NCBI RefSeq assembly: GCF_009914755.1
Contig: NC_060938.1
Source: the human T2T-CHM13v2.0 reference genome, Homo sapiens
Reading direction: 5' to 3' (one strand)
DNA length: 64,000 nucleotides
Shown: piece by piece, positions 42,050-55,899 of the stretch
Layout of the letters: each line of letters starts with the position of its first letter
Numbering within the stretch: position 1 is the first letter of the stretch
Notes under the pieces: model-generated
What the model was told of the DNA's origin: nothing
The model's input: only the letters and a program-made list of their open reading frames with translations
Databases searched by the model: none
Made by a program: the position numbers and the translations under genes

Positions 42050-42310
42050 CATTTTACAGCGGTTAAGAACACAGATGTCAGTCTATGTGGACTGGGATCA
42101 GATATTTAATCAGCTGTGAGACTTCAGCAAATTCCTGGGAATTCAGTTCCTTCATAATTGTGCTTTAGTTTCCTCATCTGTAAAACATAGATTAATACTA
42201 ATATTAATAAAAATTCCTTAGCAGCATTAGAAGATTGTAGGTTAACTTATACAAAGCACCTAGAATAGTGTCTAGAACATAGTAGGTGGTATGTAAAGAT
42301 CAGCTGTTGA
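42050..42310 (+). mobile_element. MIR
   Basis: AGCGGTTAAGAAC...TAGTTTCCTCATCTGTAAAA...AAAGCACCTAGAATAGTGTCT. Confidence 0.75.
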
Positions 42311-43178
42311 TATTAGTTTTGTGGAACTATATAAGGAAAGATTTTTCTGTTTAACAAGCTTATCATCTAGCATGCATTAGCCTAGGCTAGAGAGTACCCA
42401 GGAGAAGTGTCACTGCAGTGTGATAAGTATTAAAATTGAGCAGCTTCAGAGTGTCTCATATCTTGTTTTACAGGTAAGATGCTAGACATCATCAAAGATA
42501 AAATTTAATAGTTATAAACCTCCTGGTAAATACACTTGCCTGTGATAAGTTATCTTTGTCAAAGTTATTTGCCCTTTAGCATTTTCATAGACTCGGATAT
42601 AATTGAATTTTCCCTTTGCAAGTCTTTGGAGAGTTCCACATAGGAAAGCATTAGTAGAATGTATAGTGTCATCAGCTACCAATTGCTATACAGCTAATGT
42701 AAGAGGTGAGCACATCAGAGATTGATAGTCTATTGCCTACAAATATTAAGACATTATGTAATTACTGATGCTATTCATCTATAGTTTTTCTCCAGTCTAC
42801 AAAATACCAATGCCTTAATATTTAATGTTGGAGACAATACTTATGAAAACCAAACAATCTATATGATATTTTCTAATTTTTATCATTAAGGCCACAACTG
42901 TGTCAAACACAGACTAATCATAAGGCTTGCCAAGCCTTTTAACTTTATAGGGAAGTTGGTTGGATATTTAGGAGTGGGCTGGCCCCTACCTTAACATAAT
43001 TGTACAAGTATCTCTGCAATTGTTTTTAAGCTTTTTCCCTCAGGAAAAAAATGGAAAATATATTATTATTATTATTAATTAAAATACATAACTGACAATG
43101 TATAGTGTTATCCAGGATTCCTAGGAGACCAGTTTAGCTATAGGGTAAATTTTTAAATCTCAAATTAAAAGTTGATAA

Positions 43179-43530
<352 letters not shown>

Positions 43531-44769
43531 AAGTATTCTCTTTCTAAACCCTAAACAATAAAATCATTAAAAAAAAACCTCAATTATATATGTTTTCCTT
43601 TAAGCTATAGCATTCTTTCTCTGATAATACAACTGATTCAAGCTCTGGTCATCACCCTCTTACAACAATCAAGACTGCCCCTAGAGACTTAAGATTTTTC
43701 AGTCCTTGAAGGAGGTCTGTGTGTACAATATAGAGCAAATATCTACATCCATGTACTGCATGAAATTGCAATTAAAGCCAGAATTATGCCCTAGGAATCT
43801 AGTCAGCAAGGATCTAAACCATATCTTTTGGCAAATATAAAACAGGTAACTTAAAACTCTTAAGGAATCATGATACACAAGCTACGAAACGACTCAAGAA
43901 GCACAAAGATGTGGGACTCTACACTGAAGAGGGACCCTACACTGAAGAGGCCACAAGAAATTTGACTGAAATTGTAAGAGATGCCTAATGAACAGCAGGT
44001 TCTCAGATTGCTGAGGAGCAAATAGTCACGGAACTACAAAAGGAAGAGGTAAACAGTAAATGAGGGAAAACTCTAGAAGAAAACTATATTCTCTGTTTAC
44101 TTTTCCCCTGGTCTATATGTAAATATCGACAAAGTGAAGAGTCTCTGTACTTCAGAACGCTTAGAGATAGTTTTATTTCCTAATTAATAACAGTGTGAAA
44201 ACTTCTCAATTAAAAATTATACAGTAAAATATGTACACAGAAATGGAAGCTTAAGAATTGCATTATCTTTATTCTGAGATGAACATCATCTCACTCTCAC
44301 GCAGAGGGAGATGGCTCCTGGTGGCCTCAGAGACATCAGGTTTAGCACCATTCTGTGTCTCTCATAAGAGCTATGAAGAATCATAGTGTTTTCAAATGAA
44401 AACTCAAGAATAAGTAAAATTAAGTTTTCTCATGGGGGAGGTTGAAATTTTTTTTTTCTTTATGCAATCTAAAGCCAAATCAATCTAAATTTAGTAGGAG
44501 GTTGTGTGAATGTGTATGTGTAATTACACAATTTTAGATCTAAAATGGTTTTTTGGTCTTTTTATATTTTTCCAAATATCATGTCTAGATATATTTCTAC
44601 TGACCCCAAATTCACAGTTAATTATACATAATTACATACAATTCTCTATTCCTTTTTACTTAGAAGGATGATAGACCAAAATGATAACATTCTTGAAAGT
44701 CAAGACATTTATGTGTTCCTCCTCTTTTGTTTAATTTTCTGAATACCATCTTTATTATTTATACATACA

Positions 44770-46170
44770 TTACACTGATTGAGCACTAACTCAATTTGCC
44801 AGCTACTCTATAAAATGCTTTGGAAACATTGTGTCATTTACTTTTTATGATAATTCTAAGAGTTCTGTACTATCATTATATCCAGTTTTCAAGCAGGGAA
44901 ACTGAGATTAAGTAACTTGCTTAGGAACATGTCACACAGACAATAATTGATCATAGGCAGGTTGACATCAGAGGTCACATGCTTAACCAATATGAGACTC
45001 TGCCCTCTTGAAACATAAAAGAAAGGCCTTGCTGTGAAGGCTTCCTGTATTCTGGCACCTTGATGCCTGAATTCAAATAGCATTCTTCAATTTATGTCCA
45101 TTTAAATTCTTACAATGAGTATATAAATTAGGTATTATTTTCCCATATAATTATACAGATAGATAAATGAGGATTAGAGAAGTTAAATAACGAATGTGAC
45201 TAAAAGAACATGGCATACACTAGTTTACAGTCCCACCAACAGTGTAAAAGTGTTCCTGTTTCTCCACATCCTCTCCAGCACCTGTTGTTTCCTGACTTTT
45301 TAATGTAAACTAGTTCAACCATTGTGGAAGTCAGTGTGGTGATTCCTCAGGGATCTTGAACTAGAAATACCATTTGACCCTGCAATCCCATTACTGGGTA
45401 TATACCCAAAGGATTGTAAATCATGCTGCTATAAAGACACATGCACACGTATGTTTATTGCGGCACTATTCACAATAGCAAAGACTTGGAACAACCCAAA
45501 TGTCCAACAATGATAGACTGGATTAAGAAAATGTGGCACATATACACCATGGAATACTATGCAGCCATAAAAAATGATAAGTTCATGTCCTTTGTAGGGA
45601 CATGGATAAAGCTGGAAACCGTCATTCTCAGCAAACGATCGCAAGGACAAAAAACTAAACGCCGCATGTTCTCACTCATAGGTGGGAATTGAACAATGAG
45701 AACACATGGACACAGGAAGGGGAACATCACACACCGGGGCCTGCTGTGGGGTGGGGAGAGAGGGGAGGGATAGCATTAGGAGATATACCTAATGTTAAAT
45801 GACAAGTTAATGGGTGCAGCACACCAACATGGCACATGTATACATATGTAACCTGCATGTTGTGCACATGTACCCTAAAACTTAAAGTATAATAAAAAAT
45901 AAAAAATAAAAAATAACATGGCTACCAAGTGGAAAAGCCAGTGTTGACATGAATGTTTTGACTCCAAAGCCTATGCTCTTTGTAATATATTGTACCATCA
46001 GTCATTTCATTTTTAATTAATCATTCAAACAATGCTGCATGATAGTCCCATTATCTACATTCTTATAAGCAATGGAACAGGTTAAGTAATGTGTCTGAGT
46101 TCACCTAGGTATTAAGTAGCAAACTTGGGTTCTAGGCCAGCCTATTTGACTCTAAAGTCCATTCCTTGTG
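44770..46170 (-). mobile_element. Cluster of three MIR remnants, the middle one split by an L1PA
   Basis: MIR core motifs near 44895-44940, 45160-45200 plus 45916-45985, and 46050-46160. Confidence 0.6.
45219..45914 (+). mobile_element. 5'-truncated L1PA3-5 with a short 5' inversion (45219-45304 antisense)
   Basis: Antisense ACTAGTTTACAGTCCC...TTTTTAAT, then sense GTAAACTAGTTCAACC through the 3'UTR and A-tail; TSD-like AACATGGCATAC / AACATGGCTAC. Confidence 0.92.
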
Positions 46171-46866
46171 ATAATCCGTTGTTACTGAGACATTCTTTTG
46201 ATCAAGCTGCCCCTCATTTTGATATTTTTGCTTATTGATTTAACCTTTGCTATATGATCCTGTCTGCAGGTAAATGAATGTTAAACACAAACTTGACCAT
46301 TTTATAGTAGTCATTTGTTTTCCTAATCCTGATACAGGTGATGCTTGAAAAACATAAATGACTTAGAAGGGCAATAGCCAAAAACAATGATATTTCTATG
46401 CAATATTTATAAAATATTTTTCACTGGAAATGAGTCTACACTATTTGGAATATTTTAAGTGAGTCAAGAATTTATTTCAATAACATAAATATTGTATTTT
46501 ATTTATTTAAATAATTCCTCATTCTACCAAGGAATCATTTAAGGGGTCTCTGGAATGCTATTTCTTATATGTTAATAAATGATTTCTGGAATATATCTTC
46601 TTTGACAAATAAAATCAGTGACTATACAAGCTATTTTTAATTTAGAGATTGTATTATTCATACCACTAGCAGCAAACAGATGGCACACTCACATTAGGAT
46701 CTTCTGAGGAAAACTTATTTGCAAACAACTAATTACAGAGCATGGGAAGGGTGTGGGAAAATCACAAGGACTAGAGTGTAAATCTGAAGCTGTCATTAGC
46801 CGTAGGCCTCAATGAATAAATGAACAGAGAGTTTGCTGGAATGAAGAAGGATTAAGAGTTGCATGG

Positions 46867-47292
46867 ATTCAATACTGTTTTTTATCAAACTACCATAACA
46901 TTCTTCGCAGAATTAGCCCATCAATGAAAGATTGGATAAAGAAAATATGGTTCATATATACTATGGAATACTACATAGCCACGAAAAAGAATAAGATCAT
47001 GTCTTTGTGGGATCATGGATGGATCTGGAGGCTATTATCTTTGGCAAAGTAACGCAGGAACAGAAAATCAAATACTGTTTGTTCTCACTTGTAAGTGGGA
47101 GCTGAAATGATGAGAACTCATGGACACAAAGACGTGAACAACAGACACTTAGGTTGGAGGGTGAAAGGAGGGAAAGAAATAGAAAAAATGACTATTGGTT
47201 TCTAGGTTTAGTTCTTGGGTGACAAAATAATCCGTACAACAAACCCCCATGACACAAGTTTACCTACATAACAAACTTGTACATTTACCCTG
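46867..47292 (+). mobile_element. L1PA15-16/L1PB 3' fragment with a non-contiguous 5' piece
   Basis: 50 bp of upstream ORF2 (ATCAAACTACCATAACATTCTTCGCAGAATTAG) joined at 46916 to the ORF2 end and 3'UTR. Confidence 0.8.
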
Positions 47293-48465
47293 AGCACATG
47301 AGCATTTACTGAGATGGTGCCATTTTGTTTAATCCATCTTCCTGGAAATCATGTTGCTGAATCCCAGTCCTGAATCCTACTTTTTTGCTTAAATACTATT
47401 TTACAAAAGTGATCCCCTCACTGTTCTCTATGAATATATCTGATGCGAAACTTAAGAAAGGGGTGAAGTTACTCCATAAAGGATATTAGTCCTGGTGTTC
47501 ATGTTTGTGTATGTTGTAACTTGAATATAAAGAAAAGGCACCTCTCTTAGCTTTATTCTGAGTGCCTCTTTGTTAGTTCTGTCTAGAGTCTTTGCTCCTC
47601 GCAAACAGCCCAACATCACTGGGGCATCCATATTAATCAGCTATGATAGAATAACTGCTCAAATAAGGTTTGAGGGCAGGCAGCCTCGTACCTGGGATCT
47701 GTTCATCTATTTACATGGATCGGAATCTGAAATACTTCTCCAAGTCTCTCAATGTCAATTCCATTCCTTACCCTATTATATCTGATTTAATTCACGCGTT
47801 GAATTAAATGGTCATGTTATATAATGACCATAAATCTGGCAGTGATTGGTGTCTAGATCAGGGGAATCCACACAGACTCCACTCCTCCTGCTCAAGCTCT
47901 GAGGGCTACTTCATACTGTGTGCCCACACTGTGGACTTGAGCCATGCTTTTACTGAGAGGACTCATGCAACCACACCCTTCTTGTACTCCCTCCTCCAAT
48001 TCTTCTAATACACTTTTCCCTTCTCTGTCTTCCCTTATTCCCCTTCATCAATCATGTATCTATGCTAAGCATGTCTTTATTATCCTCTGTCCTCAATTGG
48101 TACTCAGTTTTACCTCATTTTTCATGTCCAAAAGCCACACTAAAATTTATTTTTATTTTTATTTTTGCTGCTTTCTCTTAAAAGAGTACCCAACAAAGAT
48201 ATGTTAGTCAATAAGGATCGTCTTATATTATTATTTTACTTCTACCCATTCCAGACCCTGGAAAAAAAACAGGATCTAGGATTTTCTCTGAAATTAATTG
48301 CCAATGCTGTGTAGCCCAGCTCAAGTATCTCCTCCCTCTCTCACCCAAACATAAGTGTTTTGGGGATGCAGGGAAATAGGGAGAAGTGGACCTAAAGCTT
48401 TTCTTAAAACCTCCAATTATTTTAGACTCATATGGAACTATTTACTAGGATGTGGAGATACCATG

Positions 48466-48836
48466 CATATTAGATCATTCTCACGCTTCTATAAAGAACT
48501 GCCCAAGACTGGGTAATTTATAAAGGAAAGTTTAATTGATTCATAGTCTCACAGGGCTGGAAAGGCCTCAGGGAAGTTACAATCATGGCAGAAGGGGAAG
48601 CAAACACCTCCTTCTTCACATGGTGGCAGGTAGGAGAAGTGCCAAGAAAAGGGGGAAAAGCCCTTTATAAAACCATTAGATCTCATGAGAGTTCACTCAC
48701 TATCACAAGAACAGCATGGGGGTAACTGTCCCCATGATTCAATTACCTCCCACCAGGTACATCCCAGGACACATGGGGATTGTGAGAACTACAATTCAAC
48801 ATGAGATTTGGGTAGGGACACAGACAAACCATATCA
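48466..48836 (-). mobile_element. THE1 (C/D) MaLR solo LTR
   Basis: Ends GAGATTTGGGTAGGGACACAGACAAACCATATCA (antisense of the THE1 start); about 370 bp; TSD-like CCATG / ACATG. Confidence 0.9.
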
Positions 48837-49096
48837 ACATGCAAATTCCTACCATAGCTTCTTTGGTCTTGTGCTCATATTTGCCTTCCAACTTGATTTT
48901 CTGTTCATAAAACAGAACCTCCCACTTCTCAAACTCTTCCCTACCCACTCTACACCCTAATGTTGTTTTTCATTTGACTCCTAAAAATGCTCAACTTATG
49001 TTATCCTTTGTCTGATTACCACTTCTGTGTATGCCTTTGTCTCCAATTTTAGCTCTCTTGAGGACCCTATCTAATGGGATAAATGTACCAAAGCAC

Positions 49097-49106
49097 ATGC
49101 ACACAA

Positions 49107-49137
<31 letters not shown>

Positions 49138-49140
49138 TAC
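49097..49140. repeat. (CA)n microsatellite
   Basis: Direct reading. Confidence 0.9.
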
Positions 49141-50122
49141 TCATGTTTGCATATCCATGAATTAAAATTTTTCCTTGAGTCCAGAATAACTAGTGAGAAT
49201 ATAAGACTTCGTAGTACATTAAGTCAGAATGAATAAACAAAGCCCAAACTTACAACTGTATCATAATAAAGCCCTGCATGTTCAAAACAATTTATCCCAG
49301 CATAAGGACTGTTCAATTAGACTTTCTGATGGTAAAATTTATTCTAAATAAAACCTCACCTGCATGCTGTGCCTTTTCTACATAAGAATTGGAGAAAACT
49401 ATGCAGATCCTGCACCTGTTGAGTTATACAGGAAACCAAGAGTTCAAACACATGCAATTAAATACAAAAGAATAGAATGAAACCTTAGGTGGCTATGGTT
49501 TCTGCTGTTATTTTAGCTCTCCATGCTCTTGTACATCATATATCATTAGTGGGCAAAAATCACATAATAACAAATTACTAGCCTTATGCTCAAAGTTCTA
49601 ACAATGTGTATTATGGGAACATCTATGGCTATTCTGAGCATACAAAATGTTTAAGCCAAACAGAAAGGTTATCACGTTGCATTTACGAATTTTGATAACT
49701 AGTGGCTGTGTGGTACGCATGTCTGTGACTCTGGAGAGCAGATTTAGGTTCAGCCTTGTGGCAGCTCCTGCAGGTGCTAATCAGGAGAGCTGCTGTGACT
49801 AAAACTGAAGTGGAAGTTTCAGCTGCCTGGGAGATGATTTTCATTAAAGCTGCCTGCCAGTGGCAATGCAGAATCCAGACTGGATTTTAGAAACAAAACG
49901 TGACACTTGAAAGTACTTGGACACATTGTTTATAATTTTCTAATGGTGGCATTGTGTCTTTTCATCATGAATGGAAATAAAATCTTTAGACAATTATTGA
50001 TATAAAAGTTACCGTATAACAAACTGGCTAAATGTGAACATTTCCAAATTTCCTTCTAACTTATTTATAATATGTATATTGGCTTTGCCATTAAATATAG
50101 ATGTATTTAGCATTTAAAATTA

Positions 50123-50426
<304 letters not shown>

Positions 50427-53400
50427 TTATTTATAACAATGAAATAAATGTAACTGATGATATAAAATTTGGTTCATTTAACAACAAAGGTTAATCTTGA
50501 GTTAACATTGTGTGTGTGTATATACACTCAATACTCTGCATTTATCCTTTGTTTAAAAAACCAGAACCCTATTTATGTAATTCTTTCTAGTATGAAAACA
50601 TATTTAGGGGAAAAATGACTTTCAGAAAACCTCTAATACCTATAAACCAGAATGTTTATGAGAGTTAATGGATTTATTAAATAGTAATATCTTGACTATG
50701 TTATTATTAGTCTATTGATTCTAGATGATAAACTATAAAATAATATCTATGTAAGAACTTAAGTTTTATTAAGACAAATTTGGTGCTTAGAAAGTAGGTC
50801 GACAATATGAAGACATGCAGTAGTATTTTCCAAGGGAAATAAAGTGAAGATGAATCACCTAAGTGTTGTATTACAATATTGGTATTTGGCCTCAGACTAA
50901 AAGAAAAATCCCCTTCTCTCCATTGCTATATATCAACAAACATATTATTTCTTTAGTTACAAGCCTATCTTATTTTATTTTTTTAGTAACTGAATATATA
51001 CTGAGAAATAATTAAGACATGTCTTAGTCCAAAACTGTTTCATGCCATCTTGCCTCCAAGCACTTTCCTACCTTGTTTGATATTCTTCCTATGCCTTTCA
51101 GGCTATCCGATAGGACTTCACAATTGTGCCACATCTTTGCCATATACTATGTACTTAATAAATATTAGTTTACTAAATGAATGTTTCTAGTTTGTACTAC
51201 TACAACTGAAAGTTGTAGAAACTACGACTGATCCTTATCTGTCTGTGCTACAGATAGCAGACAGTTTGAATATTTGAAAGATTTTGAAGTAGCAGAAATT
51301 AAATATCTGAAAATTTATGATTGCTAACAAAAAAATAGATTGTTGTTAAGAGTACACATTTATCATAGTATTTTCAAGATAATTGTAATAAAATGCTACC
51401 TATTTTAGTCATTAGGATCTAAAGTTGTTATGTTTTTGAGCATCCAAAAGAAAAAAGGAAATTAATCCACAAAATCCATGAAAGGAAACAACAAGGAAAT
51501 AGAAAGAGGTTTTTAGAAAGCTCCCATATGGCCACAAAATAGTGCCAGGTAAGGGCATTGCTGTCTTAGACCATATGAATACTTTTACATGTTTTTCAAC
51601 ACAGAAATGCACTGGTGCCTATAATAAGTTACTCTCCAGGTAATATAAGTCCTAGGGAAGGCGTAAGTTTTGTAAAAAAGGAAGAAAGAATGTTACTGCT
51701 TGAGAATATGAGGCTGCCAAAAAGCTATAGAACTTGCCTCTTTCTATGGATGAGTTTGCCACCTCTGCTTTCAGATGCCAAATGATAAATTCTGAATGTT
51801 TTCATATAATTTCAATGTATGTGTATAATGAGTGAATGTAAAGAGAGGGATTGCTCAGTTCAATTACTGTTTAAGTTCCTATAGAATGCTTGTCATTATA
51901 TCAATTCTTCTACTTCAATCTGAGAATAATTCCTTTGGCTGAATGCTTAGTGCACGTCAACTGCCCCCAAATTAGTACTTTATCTCCCAGTTTCAGGAAC
52001 CCGCTGCTGTCAAAGCAGTATCCACAGTGCCCTTGCCAACAGCACATTTGCTTCAGCTTTTTTTACTCTTTCTCCCCTTCTTCATGTGGGTTCAATCCAG
52101 GTGCATTATTATATAATCTGAAACATAATTATAAACTAAAGTTTTTGTAGTTTAAAAATCATTATCCTCTCAGCTGAGACTAAGGGAGTAAGCAATGTGA
52201 GAAGGTAAGATACTATAACAGGGTCAGTTCATGCATCATCTCTCAAAATATACTTGATATAGCTGAATTTTCTATACATGCCAAAGACTTGCTCTTTATG
52301 AAAATCCACACTTACAAATTGTTTCCTTAAACGCTATATGAGTTTCTGTTTGCATCTCTTCTTATATAAATTCATATAAGAAAGTGAGTAGACTTTTCAC
52401 ATGCATGCTCAAATTACTTTTGGAAGTATATTAAAAAATCATTTCCTAACCTGAATGAATATGAGTGTCAGTTTTGTGGACATTTTAATTAGGAATCATT
52501 TACTAGGAATAGTTATAACAGGAGTCCATGAAATTTATAGATATAAATGCCCAAATTCCACCACCCTTGTAGATTCCTGTGTAATGTTGAGAAGCATCAA
52601 AATATCTGTATAGTTTTTAATAATCCACAGGTTAGTATTTAAATTTTCAAATCTATTAGATTTTAAAATACTGCTTTAAGTGAGATCTCCTATGTGCACA
52701 TTAATATATCCAAGTCTTCTTAGAACATATGGTGGAAAGAAACAGCAGTCACAAATAAACTTCAAAATTCAAATTTTATTGTCTATGTACTGACGTGTTA
52801 TTTAAAAGAAAGTAAATCTCTCCCACAACTTTCTCCAAAAACACCCTGGTAGAAGTTTTAATAGTAAATATATAAAATGTGAATATCAAGAAGAGATGGA
52901 GGAGAAAGGAATGAAGCTAATTAAGATGATGATATATAGTTGGCAATAGGTTAAATGTGAAAGTTTTCCATTTATATACACCTATACTCTGCTGATAACA
53001 CTAACTTGTGTACATATGTAACAGCTGAAGAGATTTCTGCTGGCTATAATATTCTAACTTCCAAGATAAATTGCTTTTCTCTAGACCAGGTAATTAGCAA
53101 TAGATTGTCAGTATATGTGAACTTTAATATCTGAAAAAGCCTCACAGTAACTTCATACCATTAATTATGAAAAAGTGTTGAATTCTTGACTTTAAATACC
53201 AGCAAATGAATTTTGTACATTATTAATACCGCAGATATGTAATACTCTCCCAATACATGAATTCCTACACATACATACACAATCATTACAATTGGGAATT
53301 TTTTTAAAAAAGAAGACTAATTAATCATTTTTACTTTAGGCATAACATATTTTTTTTTCAGTAATATAACTAGTACTTGGCCCATTATCACTTTACTAAA

Positions 53401-53721
53401 GTTTAGGCTACAAAGTTGTAAGCAAAATTAAAACAAGTCTCTGTTCCCTTAAAAAACAGAGAAATCTTAGAAAGTTTACCAACTTTTTTACTTCAGTAAA
53501 AAAGAGCAGTGTACTATATTTTGTTTAGCATTGTGGATATTGTTACATAAATTATAAAGAAAACTTCTACAAATAGAATGATGGAAGAATGGAATAAAAA
53601 AAGAAAAATTAGTTAAAATTTGAAATTTAATTACAGGAAATCAAGTAAACATAGCAGATAGGGTCAGTGCATCTGCAACGAATACAAGACCATGAAGAGT
53701 GTGAATAAATGTTCCTTTCTT

Positions 53722-54062
<341 letters not shown>

Positions 54063-54089
54063 TTACCAGCTACTCAAAATTCCCTTCCT

Positions 54090-55860
54090 TCATCCAACAC
54101 TTCAGCTCACATTTTTCTGATTATCCACTTGGGATGGAGACTAGATGAGTGAAGGCTTTATTCCTAAGAAATCTGAATCTTTAGTTGGCCCATTTACATT
54201 CTTCCTCTAATATTTAGCACTGATGATCACATAAATGAGAAACCTCAGAGGATGCCCTAGATTCTATTCATAGTCTTCCCTTCCCCTTTTCTCTGGCATC
54301 ATGTTATTTTCTCGATAGTAAACACCATAACCTCAGTCAACACATTACACTCCTATTGTGTCTATTTACTTAAGATACAGGGGCTGATAGGAGCATTTTT
54401 CCTTGGACCTTACAATCTCTAAACCAACTAACTCCCAAGTAAATGAAAAGCAGTTTTTTTGTTTTGTTTTGTTTTGTTTGCCAACAGGTCATGATATATA
54501 TGAGTGAGAGATACCACCTCTATTTCTACCTTTTATTTTCAAACCTACGTATTCTATGGGGAATGAAAATATTTTATATTGCTCACCGGCTTGAAGCACG
54601 TACCACACACTGCTAGAGGGTACCCCAATATTGACAAGTTACTGTCTCTTAACTGTTGCCATAATAAGCCTTCCAGTTTCCCTTATGTCTAGTGACTTCT
54701 GGCTGATGGAGAACCTTATAGGAACAGTGAATTATCTGAACATTTGTCAATCATTTCACTTTGTTTACTGTAGAATGAGTTAATTTTAGAGAGTAATATT
54801 TTGTGAAATATCATGACATTCTATAAGGCAGTCAGAAATTCAAAAGATGATTCTAGCTGAAATATGATGAAAAAAGAAAATAATTTAAATTTATACTCTT
54901 TTTATTTACACATGAGAACAAAAGACTAGCTCAGGTAAGTGGGTCTAAGGTAGTCAAACTTTCACCTGTAGCTGGCAGTGCATGTCGTTTCGAGGCAGCA
55001 TACCATTTGGTGGCTCAATATTGGCTGCTTCTGTTAGAAACTCAGGCACTTAGCTGAGACATTAGCCAAATTAGCCTTGTTGTGAGAAAATGTTGATATT
55101 GAGTCCAAGAATAGCCTCCAGTTTTAGGATGGTATTTTTATGGCTTTATTAGAAAGCACTGAGTGGGCAATTTTTTTTTTTACTTTACTTATTTTGGGGA
55201 CATATGGGTGGGAATATTTATATAACATACAAATATTATTAAATTGTGGGTGTTATGTCCATTACTAGTGGTCCATCTGCATATCTCTTCCATCAATCTC
55301 CTCATAATTTCTCCTGTTGTATTTCCAATCCTATGCTACCCAACTTCCATGTATTCTCAGAAAGCAATATGGATTTTAATTTTAAGCCAGCTCTAATTAT
55401 AAGCAATGTAGACAACAGGATGCACTACTTGATGTTCTGCCCACTGGAAGAATTCTTTCCTGCATGCCTCTCAGGGCCCTACCTGAGTGAGACTACAGCA
55501 ATGCCCATCTGGATGGCCAGCATATCATGCTGGGTATTCTGCGATTCATGCTCCAATATTTTGCTCCTTTGTCAAGATATCTTAGGGAATGCTGTATGAG
55601 AGCACAGTTTTGGAGTAAGAGGGAGAACCGATGTAGAATTACACACCCCTAAAATGTGACTTAAAAATCAAAGAAGTGGGAATAATGTTGCTCACATACA
55701 AATTGTTACTCTCATGACTTTGAACCTGGAATGACTGCTCTAGTGTAGTCTGCTTGATGTGAAATCTAGGAAAAGGTGATTTTTCAGAGATATATCTAGA
55801 TAAGTAGGCAGACGGTTGTCATTGAATTGTTTGGACATAGCAAGTCATCCAAATGAACAC
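54090..55860 (-). mobile_element. Possible very old ERVL/MaLR internal remnant
   Basis: Sequence character resembles antisense ERVL pol/int remnants; no ORF; not verifiable by eye. Confidence 0.35.
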
Positions 55861-55899
55861 TAGTTATGGAGGAAAGTTATACAAGCCACAATTCTAGTT

